In this document: positions 49,865 through 61,699 of the stretch, one piece after another
How positions within the stretch are numbered: the stretch's first letter is position 1
How the letters are laid out: each line of letters opens with the position of its first letter
Origin: Macrostomum lignano
Lineage: Eukaryota
NCBI GenBank assembly: GCA_002269645.1
Contig: NIVC01003004.1
Span: 62,001 to 126,000, forward strand
DNA length: 64,000 nucleotides
Direction: 5' to 3'
Position numbers and translations under genes: made by a program
The notes under the pieces: generated by a model
Seen by the model: the letters and a program-made list of their open reading frames with translations, nothing else
Told to the model about the DNA's origin: nothing
Databases searched by the model: none

Positions 49865-51042
49865 GGGGGGGGGGGTTCACAAACTCGAAATTTCACAACG
49901 TCGAAAGTACCCTCTTTCATAAGGTCAAAATTTCACAAGGTCGAAATTTCATAACATCAAAAACTTGAAAAGCAGCCACTTTCATAAGGTTGAAATTTCA
50001 CAAGGTCGAAATTTCACAACATCGAAAACTTTAGCAAGAGACTTCATAAGGTCGAAATTTCACAAGATCAAAATTTCACAACATCGAAAACTTTGACTTC
50101 ATAAGGTCGAAATTTCACAAGGTCGAAAACTCAAATAGCAGCCACTTTCATAAGATCGAAATTTTACAATGTAAAAACTGAGAATTTAGCAGCCTCAAGT
50201 ATGAAAAGATCAAAATTTTACAATGTAGAAAACTAAAGTCTTTATTGTGTCAATGTTTATATCATTATTTTTTGTTTTAATAGCTTTGGTTCAAAGAAGT
50301 TTTTAATCACTTCTTTAAGTAGTTCAACGTCAAGGAGTGCTAAGTGCTCTGCTAAGTGTGTTATCACTACTGGGACAATGGGTTAGTTTACATAAGCTGT
50401 AAGTTTAGCTATATAGTTGGGAAGCATTTTGGAATTAGGCCTAGAGCAGTAAAAAGCACCTAAAATTTGGTATCAGAAGTAGGATAAAATTAGGAGAAAA
50501 GAGAAAAACTTTGAAAAGAGAAAAAAGCCCTATAACTTTGGCAATGACTGGTTAGGATAAATTAGACTGTGACAAACAGAAAAACACCTACAACATATAA
50601 TATATAGGCCTACTAAACAACAATAGAATATAGAAAAGCCTCGAAGGCTTACAACTATTAAGTCTTCTGCTAGAGTTTTCGATGTTATGAAATTTCGACC
50701 TTGTGAAAGTGGCTGCTATTTGAGTTTCAATGTTATGAAATTTCGACCTTATGAAAGTGGCTGCTTTTGGAGTTTTTGATGTTGTGAAATTTCGACCTTG
50801 TGAAATTTCGACCTTATGAAGTCTCTTGCTAAAGTTTTCAATGTTGTGAAATTTCGACCTTATGAAAGTGGCTGCTTTTCGAGTTTTCAATGTTGTGAAA
50901 TTTTGACCTTGTGAAATTTTGACCTTATGAAGTCTTCTGCTAGAGTTTTCGATGTTGTGAAATTTCGACCTTGTGAAATTTCAACCTTGTGCAATAATTT
51001 GCTTTTCGACGTTGTGAAATTTTGACCTTGTGAAAGCACCCC
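49865..51042. mobile_element. Foldback (FB/MULE-like) element with TIRs built from ~16-bp tandem repeats
   Basis: 9-bp TSD CTCTAATAG (49856-49864 and 51043-51051); termini GGG..CCC; arms (TTTCACAAGGTCGAAA)n at 49865-50180 and inverted at 50660-51042. Confidence 0.88.
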
Positions 51043-51600
51043 CTCTAATAGACAGGCAGCAATTTTTATACTAGCCATATCAATGGGACCATTTGCTCTG
51101 TAGTGGCTCTAATGGCAGTGCTAATATTAGAATACTCCGCCTTGTATTAATCTCTATAATAGATCTCCTGATCTCTATAATAGCCATAATAGAAACCTAC
51201 AGCAAGATGAGGTCCAGTTCTAGGCTGTGGGCTAGCTAGACAAAGATGGTGCAATACTAGGGGGCCTTCAAAGTTTGATAGTTCATTGTGCCAAGTCTGA
51301 GGTGTCCATCTGGTACAGCTAGGGCCAGATGGAGGTTGGCCTCATGATCCCTAGCACCACCCAGCAGATCTATAGTTGAAGTTGTAAGGACTAAAAATGA
51401 TAGGCACCTGGCTGCGCCACAGAGCCACCCTTGCCAGTTGCACTCAGTACAACATTGTGTGCTGTGCCAACCTTTGTAAGTGCCTGCTATGCTGAACTTT
51501 GCTGCTGTAGCCAAGGCGCAGCTGTCTGAGCCAATTGAGGTTGTCTGCAGCTTGATGATCTGGCCATAATACCAGGTGTCTGTACTATTTGCATGGGTAT

Positions 51601-51960
51601 GCAAATATAATGGCTCGGCAAATGTAATGGCTCTGCAAAAATTATGGCCTTGCAAATATAATGACTCTGCAAATATCATGGCTCTACAAATATAATGGCT
51701 CTGCAAATATAATAGCTCTACAAATATAATGGCTCTACAAATATAATGGCTCTGCAAATATAATAGCTCTACAAATATAATGGCTCTGCAAATATAATAG
51801 CTCTACAAATATAATGGCTCTACAAATATAATGGCTCTGCAAATATAATAGCTCTACAAATATAATGGCTCTACAAATATAATGTCTGCAAAAATAATGG
51901 CCTTGCAAATATAATGACTGCAAATATAATGACCCTGCAAATATAATGGCTCTGCAAATA
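51601..51960. repeat. 17-bp minisatellite (CAAATATAATGGCTCTG)n
   Basis: Direct periodicity. Confidence 0.9.
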
Positions 51961-52279
51961 TTTGTAGTTAAAGGAACTTTTCTACACTTTAAAAATAGCA
52001 ATTCAAAAACTTGACTATTAAAAATTGACATATATTTATTTACATATATTAGAGCCATATATATATTGCTATTGCCACATGTGGCTATAATTTTAATGCA
52101 ATCAAACTAGAGTAGGTGCAAGGTAGATAAATAAAAAACTATATTTCTGACAATTTAACAATAACAAATCATTTTACAGCTTTTTCTCTAATCTACTTTA
52201 TTTTATGCAAGTTTAATTTGTACAAGTAAGCAATTATATTTGCTGCTTATAATTAAGGAAACTAAAAGCAAAACACAAC

Positions 52280-54834
52280 ATGGGACCTATTTCAAGACAG
52301 TCAGTAAGCAGCCGATCCAGTACTAGCAGCATTGTCAAAGGCCGCGCAGCCAGTGTCAGACAGCAGGCTCTGCAAAATCGAATGCGCCAGAGGCCTTTCG
52401 CTGAGAAGCTTGACGCCGTTAGCGCAGCGGCGGCCGCAGCTGCTGCTACAGCCGCTGGCTATGGGCGCCAAGGTTCCCCGCTTGTCTTCGATGTAGCCCT
52501 AGAGTCGCGGAAGCGCCTGGCCACGCCGCGCGTTGTTGTCGCCGCCACTGAGGCAGCCGGGCGTAGAAAGCAGCAGCCGCCAACGCCGTCGTCTTCAACT
52601 CTGGCCGAGCCGCTGACTGCGCGCAAGTCCAGCGACCTCAAGCGCATCCGCAATCCGGAGCTGCGCGCCCTGGCGCTGGTCAATTCGCCAATGATCGATT
52701 CTCGGCGACAGCAGCAGCGGCGCTCCACCCTGTCTGGCCGGTCGCCTGCACCGGCGCCTCAGCAGCGGCAAATCGAATCGGCTGCTGCTGCCGGGGCCGA
52801 CTTGGCCGAAGTGAAGGCGGCTATTGAGACCGGGGACGAATGCGAACGGGTGACTCGGGCCTACCTAATGATGCTGCACCAGCAGTGGGAGTACTTTAGG
52901 TGAGTACGCTTTTCTCTATGCTTCAAGAAGTTTCCGGACTGTGTTCACTGTGGACAGCAGGATTTTTTAAATAAGTTAAACTTTTACCTGAGAAAGCTGT
53001 ACCCAAGAAATGTACCCATTTTGAAGTTTGCAGTTTTTTATGCAGGTAAAACGGCATATTGGTGTCAAAAAGCGTCCTCGGTATGTCTTGAAACGGCATT
53101 TAAATTAGCTAATAAGGGAATAAATTATTGAACCACCATAGAGTCCATAGATAAAAACCATAGACCCTCTGCAAACTTCAAAATCGTGTTAGAAATTTCT
53201 TGGGTACAGTTTTGAAATGCTCATAACTTTTGGCGGGCACGTGGTATTGCTGTGAAATTTATGCTTTAATAAAACAGACGTGAAAAAGAATATCAAGAAG
53301 GTATGAAAGTAAGGTTGGAGGCTGTTGCTAAATTAAATGCAAAAAGTTGTGTTTATAGTAATAAACTTCTTGCAATGCTTTTCAGACAGCTGATTGGCGA
53401 TTGGCGCGAAGTTCTTTCAACGGAATCTGCCTCAATACCGGAAGCTGGTCAAGGCAGCATTCGCACCGCCATTGGTATGGCGGAACTGCTCAGCAAAAAG
53501 AAGTTTCCATTCTTTGAAGGCATGCTAAAAAAGTGCGTCAACGCTCCGCCGAACGATGCAGAGAATACGGAGCCAGACGCTACGCTGCCAATCCTTCCTG
53601 GCGATGTGACTGGCTACTGGACTTTGGTTGAGCGGGAAATTGACAACGTCAAGGCTGAATTTGCCAGCCTGGAGGCCGATCGCAGCGCCGGATGGCCAGC
53701 CAAAGCACCCGTGAAGCCGGCTCCGGCAAAGACTGCGCCGGGTAAGCAGCCACGACAGCCACCTCGGACAAAGACTGCTGGGGCAGCCAAGGCAAAGTCG
53801 CGATTTGCCGAATTCCGCAAAAAACACCTGCTGACAATGTCTACTACAGGCGTTGGTGCTATCTCATCTCCATGGTTAGTTTTGCTACTACTTCAAGGTC
53901 AGGCTCCGTCTCCGCACGCAAGTCCTTCGCGGCCAAGACACCCGGAACCAGAACACCTTCCCAGAGAGTTTCTTCGGCACGAACTCCTGCAACAAAGACA
54001 CTCGTGCAAAATTTTCACGGTCGTGGCACTCCTGAAATAAAAAATTCGGAAAGAAGGACGTCTAGAAGAGTGACAGCTGGAGCGAAGACTCCAGGCAAGG
54101 AGTCAGGAGGAGCGAAGACTCCAGGCAAGGAGTCAGGAGGAGCGAAGACTCCAGGCAAGGAGTCAGGAGGAGCGAAGACTCCAGGCAAGGAGTCAGGAGG
54201 AGCGAAGACTCCAAGCAAGGAGTCAGGAGGAGCGAAGACTCCAGGCAAGGAGTCAGGAGGGGCGAAGACTCCAGGCAAGGATTCAGGAGGAGCGAAGACT
54301 CCAGGCAAGGAGTCAGGAGGGGCGAAGACTCCAGGCAAGGAGTCAGGAGCGAAGACTCCAGGCAAGGAGTCAGGAGGAGCGAAGACTCCAGGCAAGGAGT
54401 CAGGAGGAGCGAAGACTCCAGGCAAGGAGTCAGGAGGGGCGAAGACTCCAGGCAAGGAGTCAGGAGGAGCGAAGACTCCAGGCAAGGAGTCAGGAGGGGC
54501 GAAGACTCCAGTCGCAGTTTCAGGCTCGCAGTCTTCAGTAAATGCTAGAATTGAGACATTTGAAGCGAGGATTTCCGCCACAAAGCGGACCACCTCGTCA
54601 GCCAAAGACGCGCCTGAGAAGTCGCCAGCTACCGCAGCTAAAAGGCGGCGCTCAACTAGCAAGTCGGTGTCCTTTAACGCCGTCTGTTCGCAATCTGCCG
54701 ACGCCAGCCTCGGGGATCGAGTTGAGCGGCAGCTGACGCCGTATCCGACCCGGCAGTCCGCCCGCCGGCGCCAGGCTAACTTGGGCTCTGATCAGCCCCT
54801 GGTTGCTACCATGGAAGCGCTGGAAGATGATTAA
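52280..54834 (+). CDS. DLGAP5: GKAP-domain protein, DLGAP5/HURP/Mars-like spindle protein
   Basis: Exons 52280-52899 and 53386-54834; WEYFR, IRTAIGMAELLSKKKFPFFEGM, GDVTGYWTLVEREIDNVKAEFASLE..GW, KSRFAEFRK match the GKAP domain and HURP-like tail; needs a frame correction near 53870. Confidence 0.78.
54079..54510 (+). repeat. 30-bp coding tandem repeat encoding (AKTPGKESGG)14
   Basis: Direct periodicity; the only length variant is a 3-nt deletion. Confidence 0.95.
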
Positions 54835-55174
54835 GTTGCTGAGTTATAAAAGTGGAGACCAATCGCTGCTAATTATAATAAACATTAAGGCCTTTTGACC
54901 CTAATTAATTAGGTAATAGCAACTTTATTATGTATTGCGTAGCGTCATGTGTCACAGTTGTACTTTAATTTTCATCCAAGACGAAAAGCGGTTAGTGCGC
55001 GAATGATGAAGCAAAAGGAAGCAAAGCATAAGTTTGAACGTATTCTATATATTAGCAGGTATGCTAAAATCTTTAGTTCTACACCTGATTTTCCTTGGAT
55101 GAATTCCAGTTTCATTTTCTATGCTACGTCCAAACATTCAAAATTCGCATTTGACGACTTCGGAACATCATAAA

Positions 55175-55332
55175 TGCGCAACCTTGGGAATCACCCGACC
55201 GTTTCTATTGGCAACACACACATGTGTGTCGCTATTGGCTGAGAGCAGTCACGTGACTACTATTCCGTCCAATAGCGACTTACATGTGTGTGTTGCCAAT
55301 AGAAACGGCCGGGTGAGTCCCAAGGTTGCGCA
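55175..55332. repeat. ~158-bp near-perfect palindrome (hairpin or MITE-like)
   Basis: TGCGCAACCTTGGGA.TCACCCG.CCGTTTCTATTGGCAACACACACATGT ... reverse complement at 55286-55332. Confidence 0.92.
55248..55257. promoter_or_regulatory. CLEAR-type E-box GTCACGTGAC at the palindrome centre, flanked by four CCAAT boxes
   Basis: Exact match to the 10-bp CLEAR consensus, ~1 kb upstream of the VMA21 ATG; function untested. Confidence 0.4.
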
Positions 55333-56233
55333 CAAGCATGGGAACATTTTAATGCCTTCTTTTCAACTGAAATCTTTCCACCTAGGAAAGCTCATTTCAA
55401 TGCGTCCTAAATACAGGCCCTGCTAGTGAATAAAGTAAATTTGGTGTGATTTATAGTTTCTGGATGCTAAACAAAATTTTTTAAACCTGTTTAATACATT
55501 TTTGTGAGCCTATAGTATGCAAAACTTTTATCTTCTGCTAGTAACTCAGCTCACATAAATGAAATTTATTATATTCAGCCTTATCGGTGCGTCCATAGCA
55601 TTCTGCGTTTTATTTTTTCCAGCTCAATCAATAATATTGACTCAGCCATGCTTTTCATAATATTTTCTTATTCGTTTCTCGCTACTCTCTGCCAGTAGTA
55701 GCAGTAGTAGCGTACGCCAATTTGGATTTGCGCATTTTTTGAAAACCCGCATTTTGCTTCAATTTAAACCTCTAGGCATTTCAGTTGTAAAATTATTTTC
55801 ATGTTCCACTAAATGTCATCGCAATTAAATCAGCAAGGGTATTAATATATCACGCTAATAAATATCTAGTAGTGTATTCATGCATCCAATCAAAGTTATT
55901 TTTTGTCAAGAATTTTACTATCCGCTGTCAAATTTAATTAATAATATTAATATTTTGTTTGCCAAAAATTAGTCAGACAAGCAGCTTCTATTTTAATGCT
56001 GCGCTGCTTTTCCAATGTTTTGTTATTAAATGTCGTTTTTGAATTCGCGGTTTTCCATTTAGTCTATTGTAGTTAAGTTTAAGATTGTTTCTATTATTAA
56101 TCCTACGCAGATTCAGAATAAGTTAAGACGCTAATATTGCCTTGAAACCTCGGCAGTTGCATTATAATATCCACACTAATCTTCATTGATTTCCAGGTAA
56201 GCAGTTACTTTAACAGTTCAATAATTCGAAAAT

Positions 56234-58959
56234 ATGGATGTTACAAACCTAGGCAAGCCGTTGCTGGGGACCGCAGCTGCTATCTCAGCTGGTACTGAAG
56301 GCGACAGTCATCTCAGCATCGCTGCAAAGGCCCTCACTACTCTGAGCTTGTTGCTCATCTTTCTGCCAATAACTTTGTATTTCTTTGCTAAGTCGCTTGT
56401 GTTTGAAGGTGAGTTGTGTCATTGTCATTGTCAAATATATCAGTCAGACTAGTGTCAGATCTATCAATGCCAGACTAGTGTCAGATCTATCAATGTCAGA
56501 GAGAGTCAAATCCATCAATGTCAGACTAGTGTCAGATATCTATCAATGCCAGACTAGTGTCAGATCTATCAATGTCAGAGAGCGTCAGATCTATCAATGT
56601 CAGAGTGTCAGATCTATCAATGTCAGAGTGTCAGATCTATCAATGTCAGACTAGTGTCAGATCTATCAATGTCAGAGAGCGTCAGATCTATCAATGTCAG
56701 AGAGTGTCAGATCTATCAATGTCAGAGAGCGTCAGATCTATCAATGTCAGAGAGTGTCAGATCTATCAATGTCAGAGTGTCAGATCTATCAATGTCAGAG
56801 AGCGTCAGATCTATCAATGTCAGAGAGCATCAGATCTATCAATGTCAGAGTGTCAGATCTATCAATGTCAGAGAGCGTCAGATCTATCAATGTCAGAGTG
56901 TCAGATCTATCAATGTCAGAGTGTCAGATCTATCAATGTCAGACTAGTGTCAGATCTATCAATGTCAGAGTGTCAGATCTATCAATGTCAGAGAGCGTCA
57001 GATCTATCAATGTCAGAGAGTGTCAGATCTATCAATGTCAGACTAGTGTCAGATCTATCAATGTCAGACTAGTGTCAGATCTATCAATGTCAGAGAGCGT
57101 CAGATCTATCAATGCCAGACTAGTGTCAGATCTATCAATGTCAGAGAGTGTCAGATCTATCAATGTCAGAGAGTGTCAGAACTATCAATGTGAGAGTGTC
57201 AGATCTATCAATGTGAGAGTGTCAGATCTTTCAATGTCAGAGTGTCAGATATATCAATGTGAGAGTGTCAGATCTTTCAATGTCAGAGTGTCAGATCTTT
57301 CAATGTCAGAGTGTCAGATCTATCAATGTCAGAGTGTCAGATCTATCAATGTCAGAGTGTCAGATCTATCAATGTCAGAGTGTCAGATCTATCAATGTCA
57401 GAGTGTCAGATCTATCAATGTCAGAGTGTCAGATCTATCAATGTCAGAGAGTGTCAGATCTATCAATGTCAGAGAGCGTCAGATCTATCAATGTCAGAGA
57501 GTGTCAGATCTATCAATGTCAGAGTGTCAGATCTATCAATGTCAGAGAGCGTCAGATCTATCAATGTCAGAGTGTCAGATCTATCAATGTCAGAGTGTCA
57601 GATCTATCAATGTCAGACTAGTGTCAGATCTATCAATGTCAGAGTGTCAGATCTATCAATGTCAGAGAGTGTCAGATCTATCAATGTCAGAGAGTGTCAG
57701 ATCTATCAATGCCAGACTAGTGTCAGATCTATCAATGTCAGACTAGTGTCAGATCTATCAATGTCAGAGAGTGTCAGATCTATCAATGTCAGAGAGTGTC
57801 AGAACTATCAATGTGAGAGTGTCAGATCTATCAATGTGAGAGTGTCAGATCTTTCAATGTCAGAGTGTCAGATCTATCAATGTCAGACTAGTGTCAGATC
57901 TATCAATGTCAGAGAGTGTCAGATCTATCAATGCCAGACTAGTGTCAGATCTATCAATGTCAGACTAGTGTCAGATCTATCAATGTCAGAGAGCGTCAGA
58001 TCTATCAATGTCAGACTAGTGTCAGATCTATCAATGTCAGAGAGCGTCAGATCTATCAATGCCAGACTAGTGTCAGATCTATCAATGTCAGAGAGTGTCA
58101 GATCTATCAATGTCAGAGTGTCAGATCTATCAATGTCAGAGAGTGTCAGATCTATCAATGTCAGAGAGTGTCAGATCTATCAATGTCAGAGAGCGTCAGA
58201 TTTATTAATGTCAGAGTGTCAGATCTATCAGTGTCAGAGTGTCAGATCTATCAATGTCAGACTAGTGTCAGATCTATCAATGTCAGAGAGCGTCAGATCT
58301 ATCAATGCCAGACTAGTGTCAGATCTATCAATGTCAGAGAGTGTCAGATCTATCAATGTCAGAGTGTCAGATCTATCAATGTCAGAGAGTGTCAGATCTA
58401 TCAATGTCAGAGAGTGTCAGATCTATCAATGTCAGAGAGCGTCAGATTTATTAATGTCAGAGTGTCAGATCTATCAGTGTCAGAGTGTCAGATCTATCAA
58501 TGTCAGACTAGTGTCAGATCTATCAATGTCAGAGAGCGTCAGATCTATCAATGCCAGACTAGTGTCAGATCTATCAATGTCAGAGAGTGTCAGATCTATC
58601 AATGTCAGAGTGTCAGATCTATCAATGTCAGAGTGTCAGATCTATTAATGTCAGACTAGTGTCAGATCTATCAATGTCAGAGAGTGTCAGATCTATCAAT
58701 GTCAGAGAGTGTCAGATCTATCAGTGTGAGAGTGTCAGATCTATCAGTGTGAGAGTGTCAGATCTATTAATGTCAGTGTCAGAATAGCAAAAATGGCAAT
58801 GGTTGCATTCCAGGCCTGTTCCTGCTGTCATCGCGGCAGAGCTATATTTACTCGGCCATCCTGGCGGTGGTCACTGTCCATGTACTGCTGGCAGGCTTCC
58901 TGCTGTTCGCATTCTACGAAGGCGGCCGGACTGTTTACGTGTCCTACAAGAGGGACTAA
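56234..58959 (+). CDS. VMA21: Vacuolar ATPase assembly integral membrane protein VMA21, 2 exons, 106 aa
   Basis: Exons 56234-56408 and 58814-58959; LPITLYFFAKSLVFEG|LFLLSSRQSYIYSAILAVVTVHVLLAGF..EG..KRD aligns to human VPIGLYFTTKSYIFEG..SYFYAAIVAVVAVHVVL..KQD. Confidence 0.93.
56440..58782. repeat. 20/22/24-bp satellite (GTGTCAGATCTATCAATGTCAGA[GA/CTA])n filling the VMA21 intron
   Basis: Direct periodicity over ~2.3 kb. Confidence 0.97.
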
Positions 58960-61458
58960 AGAAAACTGCAATGCTCACTCACTATGCTACATATTCAGAA
59001 TTTAAAGCAAGCGTTTTTCAACTTCATGCAGCTGTTTTGTTATAGCAGTGAATTATGCCGTTAAACCGTCCTTTGCTGCTTTATTGCGGCTGTTTTACTT
59101 TTTTGTTTCTTTTTTAATTCGGTTTTCTTGCTGAATATTTTTTTAAGTTAATAATTGACTACCCTGGTCGTTAGTAAAATAGTTTTTGTCTGGATTGCTA
59201 GCCTGGTAAGGAAGTTATTTTTAGTTCAGTTTATTAAACACTTACTCCGTATGCAAGCGTTTGAGATCGATTTTCAATGAGCATTCTACAAAAGCGATTG
59301 CCGAACAAATAAAAGTGCATCGCGTGTAGTGTAGTGTGGCCTTTTGCATAATTGGAAATGCGACATTGGCCTTAATTCACTCACCGTACGTGACTGGCGC
59401 TTCAAATCAAAGCTTCTATTCTCTTTATTGCTTTCAGTTCACGTGAGTGAGCGCGCGCGGTTTTGCCTCTTATCTTTTTAGCATCCTAACAAAGCCTAGC
59501 TAGCATAAATCTGAGCTGAGCGGGACAGCCGTAAGGGCATGCAATCTTGATGAGTGCCTTTTTCACACAAACTGTTCAGGGAAAGGGGATTTTTTGGGTG
59601 ACATCTCCTGTCTTCTTTGAAGTGGATTTTCGTCTTATGAGCCGCACACCTTTTAAGTCCTCTTTCGTGCATTCATTGCGTCTCAAAAGCAAGAAATTAT
59701 TTGGCTTTACTAGTGCTCGCGAATTAAAGGCTTGTGGGCTTGTTCACACAGTCATCAATCGGGTCATAGAGGCACATAACTGGTTTGCAAGACAATCTGT
59801 TCAACTCACTTGACCTTATAGTATTATAGAGCTACTAAGCCTAAAGTTTTGTTGAGTACAGTTTGCTATCTTTTCCGTTGTTTTTTGACAAAACACGTGT
59901 AGGTTTCTGCGAAAACTGATACTTCTGACGCTTCGAACATCCTGGATAACGGGGACGGCAGTAATATTGTTGGTAAAATTTTTAGCACGATGGACGACCG
60001 CTTTGAATATATAGTAAAGCGCTTAATTCCTTTTAATCACTATTGATGTAGCTAGTGGCACTACTTACAGTAGACTCAGTAAGGTTTCTATCGGTTTAAG
60101 CTACTGGTACTTGTTCACAGTGCAATTGTTCCTAAGTAGCGATCGCTCATTGGCTCAAGCCACCCTTAGAGAGATGCGGTTCCTCCTGTGATTGAAGCTG
60201 GCTACACATTAGCCATAGCTTAAACAGGCATGCAGTCCTCTGGCTATTGGCCCGCAATTCAGCCGGGACAGCTGTAACTGGCTCAGCTGTCTGGACTGGC
60301 AGAGTTCTTCCAAACCCTCCTTAAAAACCGAACTGATTCTGTCTTAGCCAGGAGACCGTCTACTGAAGGTGCGATTTATGGTCAGCGGCGGCTTTTGACG
60401 TTTTGATGCGTTTTCCTGATTCCCTTGTCAATCGGCTTGAAAAGCAATCCGTGTATAAGGCGGAGAGAGGCGCGCGTAAAGGAGGAGCATGCGACAATTG
60501 CTGCGCTGCTGACTAACGCAAGAACTCGCTGATTGCTAAGGAAAGATACCTGGCCATTCTGGAGCTTTCTTATCGAGGCTCGCATTGTAAGTTTTCAGCC
60601 TGTGCTATAATAAATTTTTATTAAAGTAGTTTATTCCAAATGCGGCACTAATGTCAATAAAAATCTATGAATATTTGTGTAACTGCTTAAAGAACTGCCG
60701 AAGTAATTTATTCAGAATGTAATTTACTTTATTTTGTGGGACCCGTGAATCAATTTCTGTCTATTCTTGAGAAGCTAATTATGCATGATTCTGATCGTTT
60801 TTTACACAAAAGCTGATGCTCTTCAACTGCCATTAAAATCAAAGCCAACGGGACAATGATCGAAAAATAGTGGAGAATGAGCTAGTTAGGAAGCCAGCGA
60901 GGCGGAACGGGTAGAGACAGGACAGACAGAATGCGCGAGTTCAGAGCGGAGGTCCTCAACTGGCCGCTGCATCCTGCTAAATCCCTGGGGAGAATTCCCG
61001 ATGGACTCCCGCCCCAGGGTTACTCAGTGAGTTCGTGATGTTTCAAAATCCCAGCTGTGGATCCGCTGTGAGAAGTGTAATTTTTGCTGCTGAGCTGGCG
61101 GATTCCTGTCGGCTGGCGCCAGCCTGTTGCGTAATCGCCAGCAACTGGGTTGATCTGCCCAAGTGGCGTCTATAGCTATCGCGATTTGCATCGCAATTGC
61201 TCTTTCATCTTTCACTTGCAGAGAGAGAAGTATCACGTTTGCTTTCCCAGTGGCACCCATTCGAAATGTTGATCATCATTTTTTGAGATGGGAGCGCTGA
61301 TGCGTGCATGCTGATCACTGGTGCTGGGCATGGATTCTGACTATGCAAAGCAGTGTGATTGCGCTGGAAATTTCTTCTTAATTTCCATTAAGAAAAGCTT
61401 ATTTCTTACTTGTACTTTTACCAATGTTTTTAGTGGCATCAACCAAAGTGCATAGACT

Positions 61459-61699
61459 CAAGGGCGTCGCCATAAATTTTAAGGTGGATGGTACAAAGTC
61501 GATCGAGAATTCTACATGACTAGATTTCGGCATTATTGTTTCTAGCACTCAGTTTAGCGTCTCAAGAACTCGTTTTGCCGCCGAAGGCGCTATATTTTAG
61601 CGCCCTAAAGCAAAATTATTTATTTCTATAACGGGTCACAAGGTGGGGCGGGGGCAGGGGGACAAAGCATTACCTTGTCCCCTGGCGGCAACGCCCCTG
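61459..61699. mobile_element. Short hAT-type MITE
   Basis: CAAGGGCGTCGCCA ... TGGCGGCAACGCCCCTG termini; candidate 8-bp TSD CATAGACT/CAAGGACT (6/8 match). Confidence 0.55.

Larger units (their letters stand above)
46880..51550 (-). mobile_element. Interrupted RTE-type LINE (APE plus RT) split by a MITE, AT-rich DNA and a foldback element
   Basis: APE start LRLGTMNYQTL (~51300); KAFGPNKV (~49420); VTCAINSNG (~49340) joins logically to QDTLAPLLFI (~47734); dead YADD (HTNDIALL); FRYLGS; PILLYGME. Confidence 0.8.

Noticed and set aside
53875-53897. 23-nt GT-AG micro-intron that would repair the DLGAP5 frame
   Set aside because: The shortest other introns in the window are ~79-96 nt; a single-base error is more parsimonious
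54015-54662. 215-aa antisense ORF (GVFAPPDSLP repeats)
   Set aside because: Shadow of the 30-bp coding repeat on the opposite strand
56385-58787. ORFs up to 445 aa (SVRSINVR repeats)
   Set aside because: Satellite translations within the VMA21 intron
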